In this document: piece by piece, positions 38,450 to 48,647 of the stretch | How positions within the stretch are numbered: position 1 is the first letter of the stretch | Layout of the letters: the number at the start of each line of letters is the position of its first letter | Assembly (NCBI GenBank): GCA_947174885.1 | Contig: CAMWKO010000012.1 | Location: forward strand, 7,640-71,639 | Origin: an uncultured Clostridia bacterium | Lineage (GTDB): Bacteria; Bacillota; Clostridia; Lachnospirales; Lachnospiraceae | DNA length: 64,000 bases | Direction of reading: 5' to 3' | Notes under the pieces: generated by a model | Told to the model about the DNA's origin: nothing | The model's database searches: none | What the model saw: only the letters and a program-made list of their open reading frames with translations | Program-made: the position numbers and the translations under genes

Positions 38450-39832
38450 CTAGTTCTTAAAGCTGTGTATTGGTGCAGGTATTCTTCCGCCTCTGTTTAC
38501 AAATGCTTCACATGAGAACTTATTTACCGGCATTACAGGTGCATAGCCTAAAAGTCCACCGAACTCTACTATCTCACCAACACCTTTTCCTATAACCGGA
38601 ATAACTCTTACTGCTGTTGTTTTCTGGTTAATCATACCTATAGCAGCTTCATCGGCAATAATACCTGAAATAGTAGCCGGAGTTGTATCTCCCGGAATAG
38701 CTATCATATCAAGACCTACAGAACATACACAGGTCATAGCTTCAAGCTTTTCCAATGTCAATGCGCCTGCATTAACTGCATCAATCATACCCTGATCTTC
38801 ACTGACAGGAATGAATGCACCGCTTAAACCGCCTACATATGAAGATGCCATTACACCACCTTTTTTTACCTGATCATTTAGTAAAGCTAATGCGGCAGTT
38901 GTGCCCGGAGCACCTACTGACTCCAAACCGATTTCCTCTAAAATAAGTGCTACACTATCACCTACTGCCGGTGTAGGAGCAAGTGATAAATCTATAATAC
39001 CAAAAGGCACACCCAGTCTTTTTGAAGCCTCCTGAGCTACAAGCTGACCTACTCTTGTTACCTTAAATGCTGTCTTTTTAATGGTTTCGCAAAGTACTTC
39101 AAAATTCTTACCCCGTACTTTTTCAAGAGCTGTCTTTACAACACCGGGTCCGCTGACACCTACATTGATAATACAATCAGCTTCAGTTACACCATGAAAA
39201 GCACCTGCCATAAACGGATTATCGTCAGGAGCATTACAGAAAACAACAAGCTTTGCACAGCCTAATGAGTCATCTTCCTTTGTCATTTCGGCTGTTTCTT
39301 TTACAATCTCACCCATAAGCTTAACTGCATCCATGTTAAGACCTGTCTTTGTAGAGCCTACATTTACAGAAGAACAAACTCTTTCTGTAGAAGCAAGTGC
39401 CATAGGAATTGAACGAATCATGTTTTCTTCTGAAGGAGTCATACCCTTTGATACAAGAGCTGAATATCCGCCTATAAAGTTTACGCCTACTTCTTTTGCA
39501 ACCCCATCAAGAGTCTTTGCTATGGTTACAAAATCCTCCGGTGTTTTACACGCAGAAGCACCTATTAACCCAATAGGTGTAACTGAAATACGTTTATTAA
39601 CAATAGGAATACCTATCTCCTTTTCGATTTCATTACCTGTATTAACAAGATTTTTTGCTTTTGAAAAAATCTTATTATAAATCTTTTCGTTTAAAGCATC
39701 TAAATCACTATCTATACAATCTAATAAACTGATACCCATTGTAATGGTACGAACATCAAGATTTTCATGTTCAACCATGTTATTTGTTTCATTAACTTCA
39801 AAAATATTAATCATGACTTTTCCTTCCGACAA
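38450..39832 (-). CDS. UPF0210/DUF711 (PFL-like) family protein
   Basis: 460 aa. [13 protein letters not shown]-terminal motif typical of UPF0210. Paired with an ACT-domain gene. Confidence 0.8.
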   Translation of the reverse strand: MSEGKVMINIFEVNETNNMVEHENLDVRTITMGISLLDCIDSDLDALNEKIYNKIFSKAKNLVNTGNEIEKEIGIPIVNKRISVTPIGLIGASACKTPEDFVTIAKTLDGVAKEVGVNFIGGYSALVSKGMTPSEENMIRSIPMALASTERVCSSVNVGSTKTGLNMDAVKLMGEIVKETAEMTKEDDSLGCAKLVVFCNAPDDNPFMAGAFHGVTEADCIINVGVSGPGVVKTALEKVRGKNFEVLCETIKKTAFKVTRVGQLVAQEASKRLGVPFGIIDLSLAPTPAVGDSVALILEEIGLESVGAPGTTAALALLNDQVKKGGVMASSYVGGLSGAFIPVSEDQGMIDAVNAGALTLEKLEAMTCVCSVGLDMIAIPGDTTPATISGIIADEAAIGMINQKTTAVRVIPVIGKGVGEIVEFGGLLGYAPVMPVNKFSCEAFVNRGGRIPAPIHSFKN

Positions 39833-40105
39833 TTAAATTCTGTGCATAATATTAAAAATATCTTCAGACTGCATCTTAATCTGAACGCCGATTTCCTCGC
39901 CCAGCTTAGCAATTTCATCAGAAAGATCACCAAAAGACTTCTTTGATTTATTAGAATCAACTATCATCATCATATTAAAATAATCCTGAACAATAGTCTG
40001 TGAAATATCTAAGATATTAACATTATTCTCTGCTAAAAATGTACATACCTTAGCAATAATACCAACTGTATCCTTACCAACTACTGTAATAACTGTCTTT
40101 TTCAT
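39833..40105 (-). CDS. ACT domain protein (UPF0237)
   Basis: 90 aa. ITVVGKDTVGIIAKV ACT-type N-terminus. Confidence 0.8.
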   Translation of the reverse strand: MKKTVITVVGKDTVGIIAKVCTFLAENNVNILDISQTIVQDYFNMMMIVDSNKSKKSFGDLSDEIAKLGEEIGVQIKMQSEDIFNIMHRI

Positions 40106-40211
40106 TTGACTACCTCATTTCAATAAATAATGCAATTTTAATGTATTCATTATATTGTAACACACTAAAAATATCAATTCTTTTTTTCAAGTTCAACAGC
40201 TCTGTTAATAC

Positions 40212-41021
40212 TCAGATTTCCACTACCTCTGACGGCATATCTCTTCTTGCCACCTGTATATCAAAATCACCGGCTTTATATCTGCTGTCACTTATATTTA
40301 TCTCCATTTTCACACTTTCAAGTGCAAGAGCAGGATAATTATTTTCATGACTTAGATGTCCCAAAAATATTTTTTTAATTCTATCATTTAATATTCTGTC
40401 AAGTAATGTACCACATGCCTCATTACACAGATGACCGCTATTGCCCAGTATTCTCTGTTTAAGGTAATACGGATAACTACCCATTTGCAACATTCTTATA
40501 TCATGATTTGCTTCAAGAAGTATTGCATCTAAATCCTGAAGATTATTTATTATGTATTCATCATAGCAGCCCATATCAGTAGCTACCGCCATATTTTTCT
40601 TTTTCCCGGCACTTTCGTAGCTTACCCTGTATGCCATGGGATTAGCAGCATCATGTGATACATTGAACGGAGATATACATAAATCATTAATATTAAATGA
40701 ACTATCAGGTAAAATACTCTTAAAAAGTTCTTTATTCATTTTTCCAAGCTTATCGTTACCCAAAATAGCTTCTATTGTTTCTTTTGCAGTATATACAGGA
40801 ATTTCACGTTTTCTTAATAATACTCCTAATGACTTTATATGGTCTGAATGTTCGTGAGTAATTAAAATTCCGTTTATATCAGAAAGTGTAATCCCTATAC
40901 TGTTTAGTCCCTCTTCTATTCGTTTCTTACTAATGCCAGCATCAATCAGAATATGGGTATTATCATTTCCCACATAAATACAATTACCGCTACTGCCACT
41001 AGCTATGCTAAGTAATCTCAT
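40212..41021 (-). CDS. MBL-fold metallo-hydrolase
   Basis: ILIDAG...ITHEHSDH (HxHxDH) motif. Confidence 0.85.
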   Translation of the reverse strand: MRLLSIASGSSGNCIYVGNDNTHILIDAGISKKRIEEGLNSIGITLSDINGILITHEHSDHIKSLGVLLRKREIPVYTAKETIEAILGNDKLGKMNKELFKSILPDSSFNINDLCISPFNVSHDAANPMAYRVSYESAGKKKNMAVATDMGCYDEYIINNLQDLDAILLEANHDIRMLQMGSYPYYLKQRILGNSGHLCNEACGTLLDRILNDRIKKIFLGHLSHENNYPALALESVKMEINISDSRYKAGDFDIQVARRDMPSEVVEI

Positions 41022-41065
41022 TATTTCACCTTTATTTACAATATTTTTTGTATAAACAATTATCT

Positions 41066-41132
41066 CCTTGAATTTCCGTATTTTTTATTTTGATACTCAT
41101 AAAGCTTAAAATTTAAAATACGGAAACTCAGG
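41066..41132. repeat. Minimal copy (M4) of the repeat family: two arms only
   Basis: ccttgaatttccgtattttttatttt gatactcataaagctt aaaatttaaaatacggaaactcagg. Confidence 0.75.
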
Positions 41133-41143
41133 AATTATATTAC

Positions 41144-42583
41144 CTATTTTATATATTCAAGCACCTTAAGCACAAGCTTATATACATTTTCAGTTGATTT
41201 TATTGACAATCTTTCATTAACAGTATGAATATCATACATCTGTGGTCCAAATGACAATATATCTAAATCCGGCTTTTTCTCCAGTAAATATCCGCATTCA
41301 AGTCCTGCGTGAATAACTTCAATTTTAAGTTCTTCGTTAAACAGCTCCAGATATGCACTTTTAACAACCTCCTGCAAATGTGAATTACGGTTAAACTCCC
41401 ACTGCGGATACTCACCATAGATATCCGACTTTGCATTTGCTCTTTTTGCAATAGCAATAAGCTTATTAAGAATGTATTCTTTTCTGCTCTTTATAAGACT
41501 TCTCACGGAAATTCCTATCTTAACATAGTCACTCGTTGTGGTTAAAACTCCCATATTAAGTGAGGTTTCAACAAGATTTTTCATATCTCCGCAGTAATTT
41601 ACGGCTCCATTAGGCACTGCATTTATAAAGAAAATAATATCTTCCTTTGTTTTTTCATCTATTGTCACATATTCCTTAGCTTCGAGCTTTTCTACTGATA
41701 CTTTAATTTTACTGTCTGTAACTGCATATTCATTTCCAACAATAGTTTTAAACTCATCTATTTCTTTATTTAATGTATTTTCATCTTTTACGGCTGTAAT
41801 TATTACCTCTGATTTATTAGTAATGACATTGTCCTTTGTACCACCTGACATAGATACAATTTCAAAGCCTGTATTTTGGTTAATTTTATATAACAGCCTG
41901 CCTAATAATATATTGGAATTAGCTCTTTCCTTATCAATTTCACTTCCTGAATGTCCGCCTGTAAGTCCATCTATTGTTATTTTGTAAGCTATATCGTTTA
42001 TAATATTCTTTGTAAAATCAAATACAAAATCTCCTCTTACACCACCTGCACAGCCTGCAAAGGCAATACCGTCCATATCACAATCAAGATTCATTACATA
42101 TTTCCCGGTAATATCGCTTAAATCAATCTCCTTTGCTCCGTCCATTCCCACTTCCTCGTCAACTGTAAATATGACCTCCAGACTTGGATGTGATATGGTA
42201 TCAGACTCTAAAACAGCCAGCGACATGGCAACTGCAACACCGTCATCAGCACCTAAGGTAGTTTTATTTGCAGTGACAAATCCGTCTTCTATTAATAGCT
42301 CAATGCCGTCTCTAAAAAAATCATGGCTGCTGTCCGGTGTCTTTTCACATACCATATCCAAATGTCCCTGTAAAATAACACCTGTATCACCTTCCCTGCC
42401 TGCTGTGGCCGGCTTTTTAATAATTACATTATTTAATTTATCCTGATATACCTGTAGATTATGTTTTTTAGCAAATTCCACGCAATAATCACTAATCTGT
42501 TTTGTGTTACCTGAACCTCTGGGAATCTTTGAAATCTCTTCAAAATAATAAAATACTCTTTCCGGCTTCAAATTTTCTAACAT
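41144..42583 (-). CDS. pepD: Aminoacyl-histidine dipeptidase (PepD, M20C)
   Basis: 479 aa. FEEISKIPRGSGN, QGHLDMV, LGADDG motifs. Confidence 0.85.
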   Translation of the reverse strand: MLENLKPERVFYYFEEISKIPRGSGNTKQISDYCVEFAKKHNLQVYQDKLNNVIIKKPATAGREGDTGVILQGHLDMVCEKTPDSSHDFFRDGIELLIEDGFVTANKTTLGADDGVAVAMSLAVLESDTISHPSLEVIFTVDEEVGMDGAKEIDLSDITGKYVMNLDCDMDGIAFAGCAGGVRGDFVFDFTKNIINDIAYKITIDGLTGGHSGSEIDKERANSNILLGRLLYKINQNTGFEIVSMSGGTKDNVITNKSEVIITAVKDENTLNKEIDEFKTIVGNEYAVTDSKIKVSVEKLEAKEYVTIDEKTKEDIIFFINAVPNGAVNYCGDMKNLVETSLNMGVLTTTSDYVKIGISVRSLIKSRKEYILNKLIAIAKRANAKSDIYGEYPQWEFNRNSHLQEVVKSAYLELFNEELKIEVIHAGLECGYLLEKKPDLDILSFGPQMYDIHTVNERLSIKSTENVYKLVLKVLEYIK

Positions 42584-42664
42584 TTTTCTAATACTCCTTT
42601 TATATTTCTATTTTAAAACCTCTAATCATATAATTATGTTAATATTGAATTTAATAATAAAACT

Positions 42665-43642
42665 ATGAAAAAAAATTTTTATATAAAGTTAATCTGTATA
42701 TCAATATTATTTATTATGCTTGTATCCTATGAAACTACACGCAGTTCTACATTATATGGCTTGGAACTGTGGCTATATAATGTAGTACCTGTACTGTTCC
42801 CATATATTTTTATCATTAATATTATAATGCTTTTTGACGCTTTTACAATACTTTCTTTTATACTATACCCTATATTAAATCCAATATTAAAAATAAGCAA
42901 AAATGCCTGTCTTTGTATGGTTGCAGGCTTTTTCTGCGGTTTTCCAGTAGGTATCAAAACTATAAATGATATGGTAAAATCAAACAAAATAAGCATCTCA
43001 GAGGGAAATTATCTGGCATGCTTTTGTAATAATCTGTCTCCATCATTTTATTTAAACTTTATAATAAATGATAATATCCATCGAAATAATAAATTTATAA
43101 ACTTTAACCATAAACTTATATTAAATATTATTTTAATATTGCTCCCATACATATCTGCAATTATATGTTCTTTTATATACAGATTTTCAAATAAATATGT
43201 CGAAAGCGACATAAATAATTTATGTAAACTAAGTGATGAAAAAAATAACACCAAAACAGATACTATTTCAAATTTTATTAATACATGTATAACCGGAACA
43301 TTTGAAGCATTATTTAAGGTAGGCGGATATATAATTTTATTTTCAATAATTACAGGTATATTATTAAACTATACCCCCCTCCCTGACATAGTTAAATCCA
43401 TAGTTACCTCCATTTTGGAAATATCTAATGGAGCAACCGCTTTTTCAAATGTAAAGCTTAAATACATAATAACAATATTAATTCCCCTATGCAGCTTTGG
43501 AGGATTATCTGCAATGTTTCAATCTCTGCAAATGATAGATGTAAAGGGAATATCCCGTAAAAATTATATTAAATACAAGTTTATCAACCTTTCCATAACC
43601 TTTGTACTTGCCACAATAGTATGCCTACTGTTTGGCATTTAA
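42665..43642 (+). CDS. ylbJ: Polytopic membrane protein, YlbJ-like (sporulation integral membrane protein / nucleoside-recognition domain)
   Basis: 325 aa, multiple TM helices. Located near coaD/rsmD as in Bacillus ylb genes. Confidence 0.6.
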   Translation: MKKNFYIKLICISILFIMLVSYETTRSSTLYGLELWLYNVVPVLFPYIFIINIIMLFDAFTILSFILYPILNPILKISKNACLCMVAGFFCGFPVGIKTINDMVKSNKISISEGNYLACFCNNLSPSFYLNFIINDNIHRNNKFINFNHKLILNIILILLPYISAIICSFIYRFSNKYVESDINNLCKLSDEKNNTKTDTISNFINTCITGTFEALFKVGGYIILFSIITGILLNYTPLPDIVKSIVTSILEISNGATAFSNVKLKYIITILIPLCSFGGLSAMFQSLQMIDVKGISRKNYIKYKFINLSITFVLATIVCLLFGI

Positions 43643-43701
43643 CCTTGCGGCAGTCGCCAAAATATAGCTTGCCCGACTTTGGCTTGTTATTCGCAGAAAT
43701 A

Positions 43702-43741
43702 AAAAATCACATAGAAAAATTTTCTTTTCCATGTGATTTTT
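43702..43741. terminator. Bidirectional terminator between ylbJ and nudC
   Basis: aaaaatcacat ... atgtgattttt, 11-bp stem. Confidence 0.6.
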
Positions 43742-43811
43742 ATAAAATATGTCTATATTATTTTAATTATATAAGATTCATGACTCATGAAAAATACACA
43801 AACTTAATATA

Positions 43812-44651
43812 TTAAAATTTGAATTTCCCCTCCTTAAATGCTATCATCATTTCTCTGGTTAATGTAATTCCATCATCTTCAATATCATTCATATCCTTCC
43901 TATCTATCCATCTTCCCTCAGAAAGTTCTTCACCATCTATCGTAATATTTGTATTACCATCAACTTTGGCAAAAAAACCAATTAACAGAGAGCTTGTAAA
44001 AGACCATGGCTGGCATCCATAATATTTTATATCTTTAACCTTAAGAGAAACTTCCTCGTATACTTCTCTTTTAACAGTTTCTTCAAGAGTTTCCCCAATT
44101 TCTGCAAAGCCTGCCACTAATGCATACTTCTTATAATTCCTGCCTGCATATTTGGTAATAAGAAGTTTATCGCCATTAACTATGGCAACAATAATAGCCG
44201 GTGAAATAGTAGGATAATTCGTCATATTGCATTCAGGACATCTGAGCATTCTTTCATGTATATCATGAATCAGACCATTTCCACATCTGGAACAATATTT
44301 GTGGCTGTTGTACCAACTACAAAGCTGAAATCCGGTAATTCCCGCAAATCTTTCTTCCTTTGGTAATGCAGTCCTAAATATCTCTATGTTTTCATATGTG
44401 TATGAAGCATCAGATATAACAGCATCACTTACAGTAAAATATCTTATATTATTTATGGAAAAAAGATATGTGTATTCACTAAAGCTTTTAAATTCCCTAA
44501 TAGTAGGAAACTCTATTTTTCCATTAATATTTTTTAATAAAACTGTTCGTTCATTACAGATAATTACTCTGTCAATATCTCTTATTTTATAGTCATGATA
44601 ACTATTATCATAAATGCTGTTATCTAAATCCTGTATCATAATTGGTATCAA
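43812..44651 (-). CDS. nudC: NAD+ diphosphatase (NADH pyrophosphatase) NudC
   Basis: Zinc ribbon CSRCGN...CPECN plus Nudix box GFAEIGETLEETVKREVYEEV. Confidence 0.85.
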   Translation of the reverse strand: MIPIMIQDLDNSIYDNSYHDYKIRDIDRVIICNERTVLLKNINGKIEFPTIREFKSFSEYTYLFSINNIRYFTVSDAVISDASYTYENIEIFRTALPKEERFAGITGFQLCSWYNSHKYCSRCGNGLIHDIHERMLRCPECNMTNYPTISPAIIVAIVNGDKLLITKYAGRNYKKYALVAGFAEIGETLEETVKREVYEEVSLKVKDIKYYGCQPWSFTSSLLIGFFAKVDGNTNITIDGEELSEGRWIDRKDMNDIEDDGITLTREMMIAFKEGKFKF

Positions 44652-44672
44652 TCCTCAATTGAATTTTCTCTA

Positions 44673-44731
44673 AAGTGTCCCCATTTTTAATTATGGATTT
44701 TATTAAATTCAAAATAAAAATGGGGACACTT
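44673..44731 (-). terminator. Long hairpin terminator after the 212-aa gene
   Basis: aagtgtccccattttta ... taaaaatggggacactt, 17-bp stem. Confidence 0.55.
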
Positions 44732-44808
44732 ATGTTAATATATCTGCAATCTACTGTAGCTATTTTGATTAATCTAATAATTATGGCTAACAAAATTTTT
44801 ACTATGTA

Positions 44809-45447
44809 TTACACCAAATTGTCTAAATCTACTGTATAATCCTCAAAATCACTATCCATTTCAGTTTCTGCCTGTTCCGGTACATCAGGAAGTAATTCCT
44901 CATTAATTTCATCTGAAGGATTTAATTCCTTTCTGTTTGCAATAACTACATCTAAACTATTATTGAGAGATTTCATATAATTTTCATACTTTAATGTAAT
45001 ATCCTGCATCTGATATGAAACAGCATTCTGTACATTACTTAAAATACCATCTACATACTGCATTGCACTCATTCTCACATCGTTTGCCTCTGTAGTAGCT
45101 GAGTCTAAAATTTCTCTTGCCTGATTTGAAGCATTCTGTACAATTTCATTTGCCTGAACATATGCCTGCTGCATAATTTCATGTTCACTTACCAACTCTG
45201 ATGTCTGCTCAGTAGCCTGTGCTATCATACTTTGTGCACGTTCTCTTGCTTCTGTCAAAATAGCTTCTCTATTTGTAATGATTTTCTGATATTTTTTAAT
45301 TTCATCCGGAGTTCTAAGTCTAAGCTCAGATAATAATTCCTGCATCTCATCTTTGTTTACAATTATATTATTACCTGATAAAGGTACTTTCTTACAGCTT
45401 TCGATATAATCCTCGATTTCTGTAATAATTTGTTCAATTTTACTCAT
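44809..45447 (-). CDS. Coiled-coil protein of unknown function
   Basis: 212 aa, helical, Q/E/A-rich centre, acidic tail. No confident family assignment. Confidence 0.6.
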   Translation of the reverse strand: MSKIEQIITEIEDYIESCKKVPLSGNNIIVNKDEMQELLSELRLRTPDEIKKYQKIITNREAILTEARERAQSMIAQATEQTSELVSEHEIMQQAYVQANEIVQNASNQAREILDSATTEANDVRMSAMQYVDGILSNVQNAVSYQMQDITLKYENYMKSLNNSLDVVIANRKELNPSDEINEELLPDVPEQAETEMDSDFEDYTVDLDNLV

Positions 45448-45462
45448 AAATTCTTCTCCTTG

Positions 45463-45942
45463 CTATCTATTATATTTTTGATATATCTTATCAATAACAT
45501 ATTCCGGAACAAATTTTGAAACATCGCCACCAAAGCTGGCAACCTCCTTAACTGTACTAGAACTCAAATATGAATAATCCAAATTTGAAGTTAAAAATAC
45601 CGTATCAATAGTATCGTTTAGTATATGGTTTGTCTGCGCCATCTGCAACTCATATTCAAAATCAGTGATGGCTCTAAGTCCTCTGACAATAATGTTTGCG
45701 TTTACATCTCTTGCAAAATTAACTAAAAGTCCACTGAATGACATTATCTTCACATTATCAATATGTTTAGTTACTTCCCTTAACATATTAACACGTTCTT
45801 CAACAGAAAACAACGGCGATTTTGAACTATTCATCAAAACAGCCACTATTAATTCTTCACTTATATTGGCTGCCCTCTCAATAATATCAAGATGACCAAG
45901 CGTAACAGGGTCAAAGCTTCCTGGATATATTGCAATACTCAT
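45463..45942 (-). CDS. coaD: Phosphopantetheine adenylyltransferase
   Basis: [19 protein letters not shown] motif. Confidence 0.95.
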   Translation of the reverse strand: MSIAIYPGSFDPVTLGHLDIIERAANISEELIVAVLMNSSKSPLFSVEERVNMLREVTKHIDNVKIMSFSGLLVNFARDVNANIIVRGLRAITDFEYELQMAQTNHILNDTIDTVFLTSNLDYSYLSSSTVKEVASFGGDVSKFVPEYVIDKIYQKYNR

Positions 45943-45955
45943 ATTTTTTACCTTC

Positions 45956-46510
45956 TTATTTCTTTTTAATAAATAAATGGGAATTTGTTTTATAATCTTT
46001 TCGCTTTACTAATTCAAATCCATATTCCTCAAGATAATCTGTTGTAGTTTCTAATGACATCTCTACTATAATAGTTGTATATTCATTTATTATTTTACTA
46101 TTACTTAAAGATAAAAGCACTTTCTTTTCCCATTCTTTATTATATGGTGGGTCCATAAAGATAATATCAAATATTATATCTGTATTTTCTAAAAATGCAA
46201 TAGCTGATATTACATCTCTTTCTAATACAATTCCTTTATCTTCAAAATGTGTTTTATTAAGATTTGTCTTTATACACTGTATGGCATTTCTGTTATTTTC
46301 AACAAAACAGCTTTTACATGCACCCCTGCTTAATGCCTCGATACCAATACCACCGCTTCCGCTGAATAAATCAAGAAAATTACAATCGTAAATATCATTA
46401 TTTATCATATTAAATAAGGTTTCCTTAATTCTGTCCGTAGTAGGTCTGGTATCAAGTCCGTCCGGAGTAACAAGCGTAGTTCTCCTTGCACTTCCTGCAA
46501 TAACTCTCAT
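45956..46510 (-). CDS. rsmD: 16S rRNA (guanine966-N2)-methyltransferase
   Basis: [10 protein letters not shown] start, [17 protein letters not shown] and FMDPPY motifs. Start set at the internal Met. Confidence 0.9.
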   Translation of the reverse strand: MRVIAGSARRTTLVTPDGLDTRPTTDRIKETLFNMINNDIYDCNFLDLFSGSGGIGIEALSRGACKSCFVENNRNAIQCIKTNLNKTHFEDKGIVLERDVISAIAFLENTDIIFDIIFMDPPYNKEWEKKVLLSLSNSKIINEYTTIIVEMSLETTTDYLEEYGFELVKRKDYKTNSHLFIKKK

Positions 46511-46631
46511 AGCAATAGCAATCTCCAAATTATATTTTATAACAATTCTTATCTTACGTTATCTGTTTATACTCCTATATATTATACTAAACAGACTTTC
46601 ATAATCAAGTTTTTTATTAATTGTTTTATAT

Positions 46632-46665
46632 AAAAAACAGGACAAACTGATGCTTGTCCTGTTTT
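46632..46665 (-). terminator. Intrinsic terminator after cheR
   Basis: aacaggacaa actgatgc ttgtcctgtt flanked by A/T runs. Confidence 0.65.
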
Positions 46666-46684
46666 AAACCTTTTTACTAAAGTA

Positions 46685-46773
46685 TAATATTCCTTTGGAA
46701 TATTAGACTTTTTTACTTCGTGTGTACTCTTCGAGTACTCACTCGTGTCTAATATTCCAAGGGAATATTAGAC
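46685..46773. repeat. Two copies of a 24-nt self-palindrome flanking a third hairpin, overlapping the cheR stop codon
   Basis: taatattcctttggaatattagac (46685..46708) and taatattccaagggaatattagac (46750..46773). Central gtgtgtactc ttc gagtactcac. Confidence 0.7.
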
Positions 46774-47553
46774 TTTCACATAAAAAAATGATTTGGCTGA
46801 TGCAAAATTTATTTCTTTATAATTTATTATCTGTTCTGTACTTCCTATAAACAAATATCCACCGGTTCTAAGTGACTTATTAAATTTTTTATAAATCTCA
46901 AGCTTTGCTTCATCCGTAAAATATATAAGTACATTTCTGCAAACTATTAAATCAAAGTTTTGAGGATATGAATCCTTTAAAAGGTTGTGTTGCTTAAAAG
47001 TAACACATTTTTTTACTTCATCCGAAATCTTGTAATTTGAAAGACCTACCTTTGTAAAATACTTATCCTTTAAGTCTTTCGGTAATCCTATAAGGCTTTT
47101 TTCGCTATATAAACCAGCCATTGCCTTTTCAATCACCTGTTTGTCAATATCCGTAGCTATTATCTTTATATCAGACATTGGAACAAATTTAGAGAGTAAC
47201 ATAACTAAAGAATATGGTTCATCTCCTGTAGAACAGGCAGCACTCCATATTTTCAGTCTGTTGCCGGACACCTTTATAAGCTCCGGAATAACATATTTCT
47301 CTAAAACTTCCCATTGTTCAGGATTTCTCCAGAATTCTGAAACATTTATAGTCAAGTAATTTACAAATTCTTCAAATAATTTGCCATCTGTTTTTATAGC
47401 ATATACATAGTCACTATATCCCTTAAAACCGTTTTTAGCAATGAGCGAATCAATTCTTCGCTTCATCTGCTTTTCCTTGTAAGCATTTAGGTCAATTTGT
47501 GTCAATGCGAAAACCTGTGTTTTGAACTGTTCGTAATTCAAATTAGCCTCCAA
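46768..47553 (-). CDS. cheR: Chemotaxis protein methyltransferase CheR
   Basis: IWSAACSTGDEPYSL and CRNVLIYF motifs. Confidence 0.85.
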   Translation of the reverse strand: MEANLNYEQFKTQVFALTQIDLNAYKEKQMKRRIDSLIAKNGFKGYSDYVYAIKTDGKLFEEFVNYLTINVSEFWRNPEQWEVLEKYVIPELIKVSGNRLKIWSAACSTGDEPYSLVMLLSKFVPMSDIKIIATDIDKQVIEKAMAGLYSEKSLIGLPKDLKDKYFTKVGLSNYKISDEVKKCVTFKQHNLLKDSYPQNFDLIVCRNVLIYFTDEAKLEIYKKFNKSLRTGGYLFIGSTEQIINYKEINFASAKSFFYVKV

Positions 47554-47558
47554 AAGTA

Positions 47559-48647
47559 TTATTCTTCTGTTGCTTCTTCATCAGTCTTTTCAACTTCAGG
47601 TTCTAAAACTTTTTTGCTAAGACTAATCTTCTTTTCTTCAACATGGAAATCAACGATTTGAGCTTCAATTTCATCACCAATCTTTAAAACATCTGATGGT
47701 TTTTCAACATGTGTTCTTGAAATTTGTGATACATGAAGTAAAGCATCAATACCAGGCTCCAATTCAACGAAAGCACCAAAATCTGTCATTCTGGCAACTT
47801 TTCCTTTTACGGTTTTTCCTACCTGGAACTTTTCTTCAGCACCAATCCATGGATTTGTATTATCAAATTTAAGGCTTAAAGCAATCTTTGTACCATTGAT
47901 TTCTTTAACTAAAACCTTAACTGTATCGCCTACCTTGAACAGCTTCTTAGGATGTTCAATTCTGCCCCATGACATTTCTGAAATGTGTAATAAGCCGTCA
48001 AGACCGCCTAAGTCTACAAAAGCACCGAAATCTGTAACATTCTTAATAGTTCCTTCTACTACCTGTCCTTCAGCCAGATTTGCAAGAAGCTCTTCCTGAG
48101 CATCCTTTTTAGCGGCAACTAACAACTGCTTACGGTCACCGATAATTCTTCTCTTTTTAGGATTGAATTCAGATAAAACAAATTCAATCTCCTGTCCATT
48201 ATATTTTGTTAAATCCTTTTCATATGTGTCTGAAACAAGACTTGCAGGAATAAATACCTTGCAGTCATCTACTAAAACTGTTAAACCACCTGCCATAACC
48301 TGTGAAACAACAGCCTTTAATACTTCCTTATTTTCAAAAGCTTCTTCTAATCTCTTGCTTCCCTTTTCCTGAGCTAATCTCTTGTAAGTTAATAATACCT
48401 GTCCTTCTCCGTCGTTAACTTTAAGAACCTTAGCTTCCATTGTATCGCCAACAGATACAACCGTTGTAAGATCAACATTAGGTGTATTAGTATATTCGTT
48501 TCTTGTGATTATACCGTCTGACTTGTAACCTATATTTAACACGATTTCATCTTCTTTTACACTGATGACTGTGCCTTCAACAATTTCTCCTGTTCTTATA
48601 GTTTTTAATGATTCCTCTAACATTTGTTCAAAACTTAATTCTGACAT
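47559..48647 (-). CDS. rpsA: 30S ribosomal protein S1 (four S1 domains)
   Basis: Repeated S1 motifs (G.V..V..FGAFV.L). Start set at MSELSFEQ with ggagg 9 nt upstream. Confidence 0.9.
   Translation of the reverse strand: MSELSFEQMLEESLKTIRTGEIVEGTVISVKEDEIVLNIGYKSDGIITRNEYTNTPNVDLTTVVSVGDTMEAKVLKVNDGEGQVLLTYKRLAQEKGSKRLEEAFENKEVLKAVVSQVMAGGLTVLVDDCKVFIPASLVSDTYEKDLTKYNGQEIEFVLSEFNPKKRRIIGDRKQLLVAAKKDAQEELLANLAEGQVVEGTIKNVTDFGAFVDLGGLDGLLHISEMSWGRIEHPKKLFKVGDTVKVLVKEINGTKIALSLKFDNTNPWIGAEEKFQVGKTVKGKVARMTDFGAFVELEPGIDALLHVSQISRTHVEKPSDVLKIGDEIEAQIVDFHVEEKKISLSKKVLEPEVEKTDEEATEE

Noticed and set aside
43643-43700. Locally GC-rich patch after ylbJ (ccttgcggcagtcgccaaaatatagcttgcccgactttggc) as a structured RNA
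   Set aside because: Only short, mutually exclusive pairings (gccaaa/tttggc or gtcg/cgac) are possible. It has no repeat copies, and a clear terminator follows separately. This is insufficient evidence.
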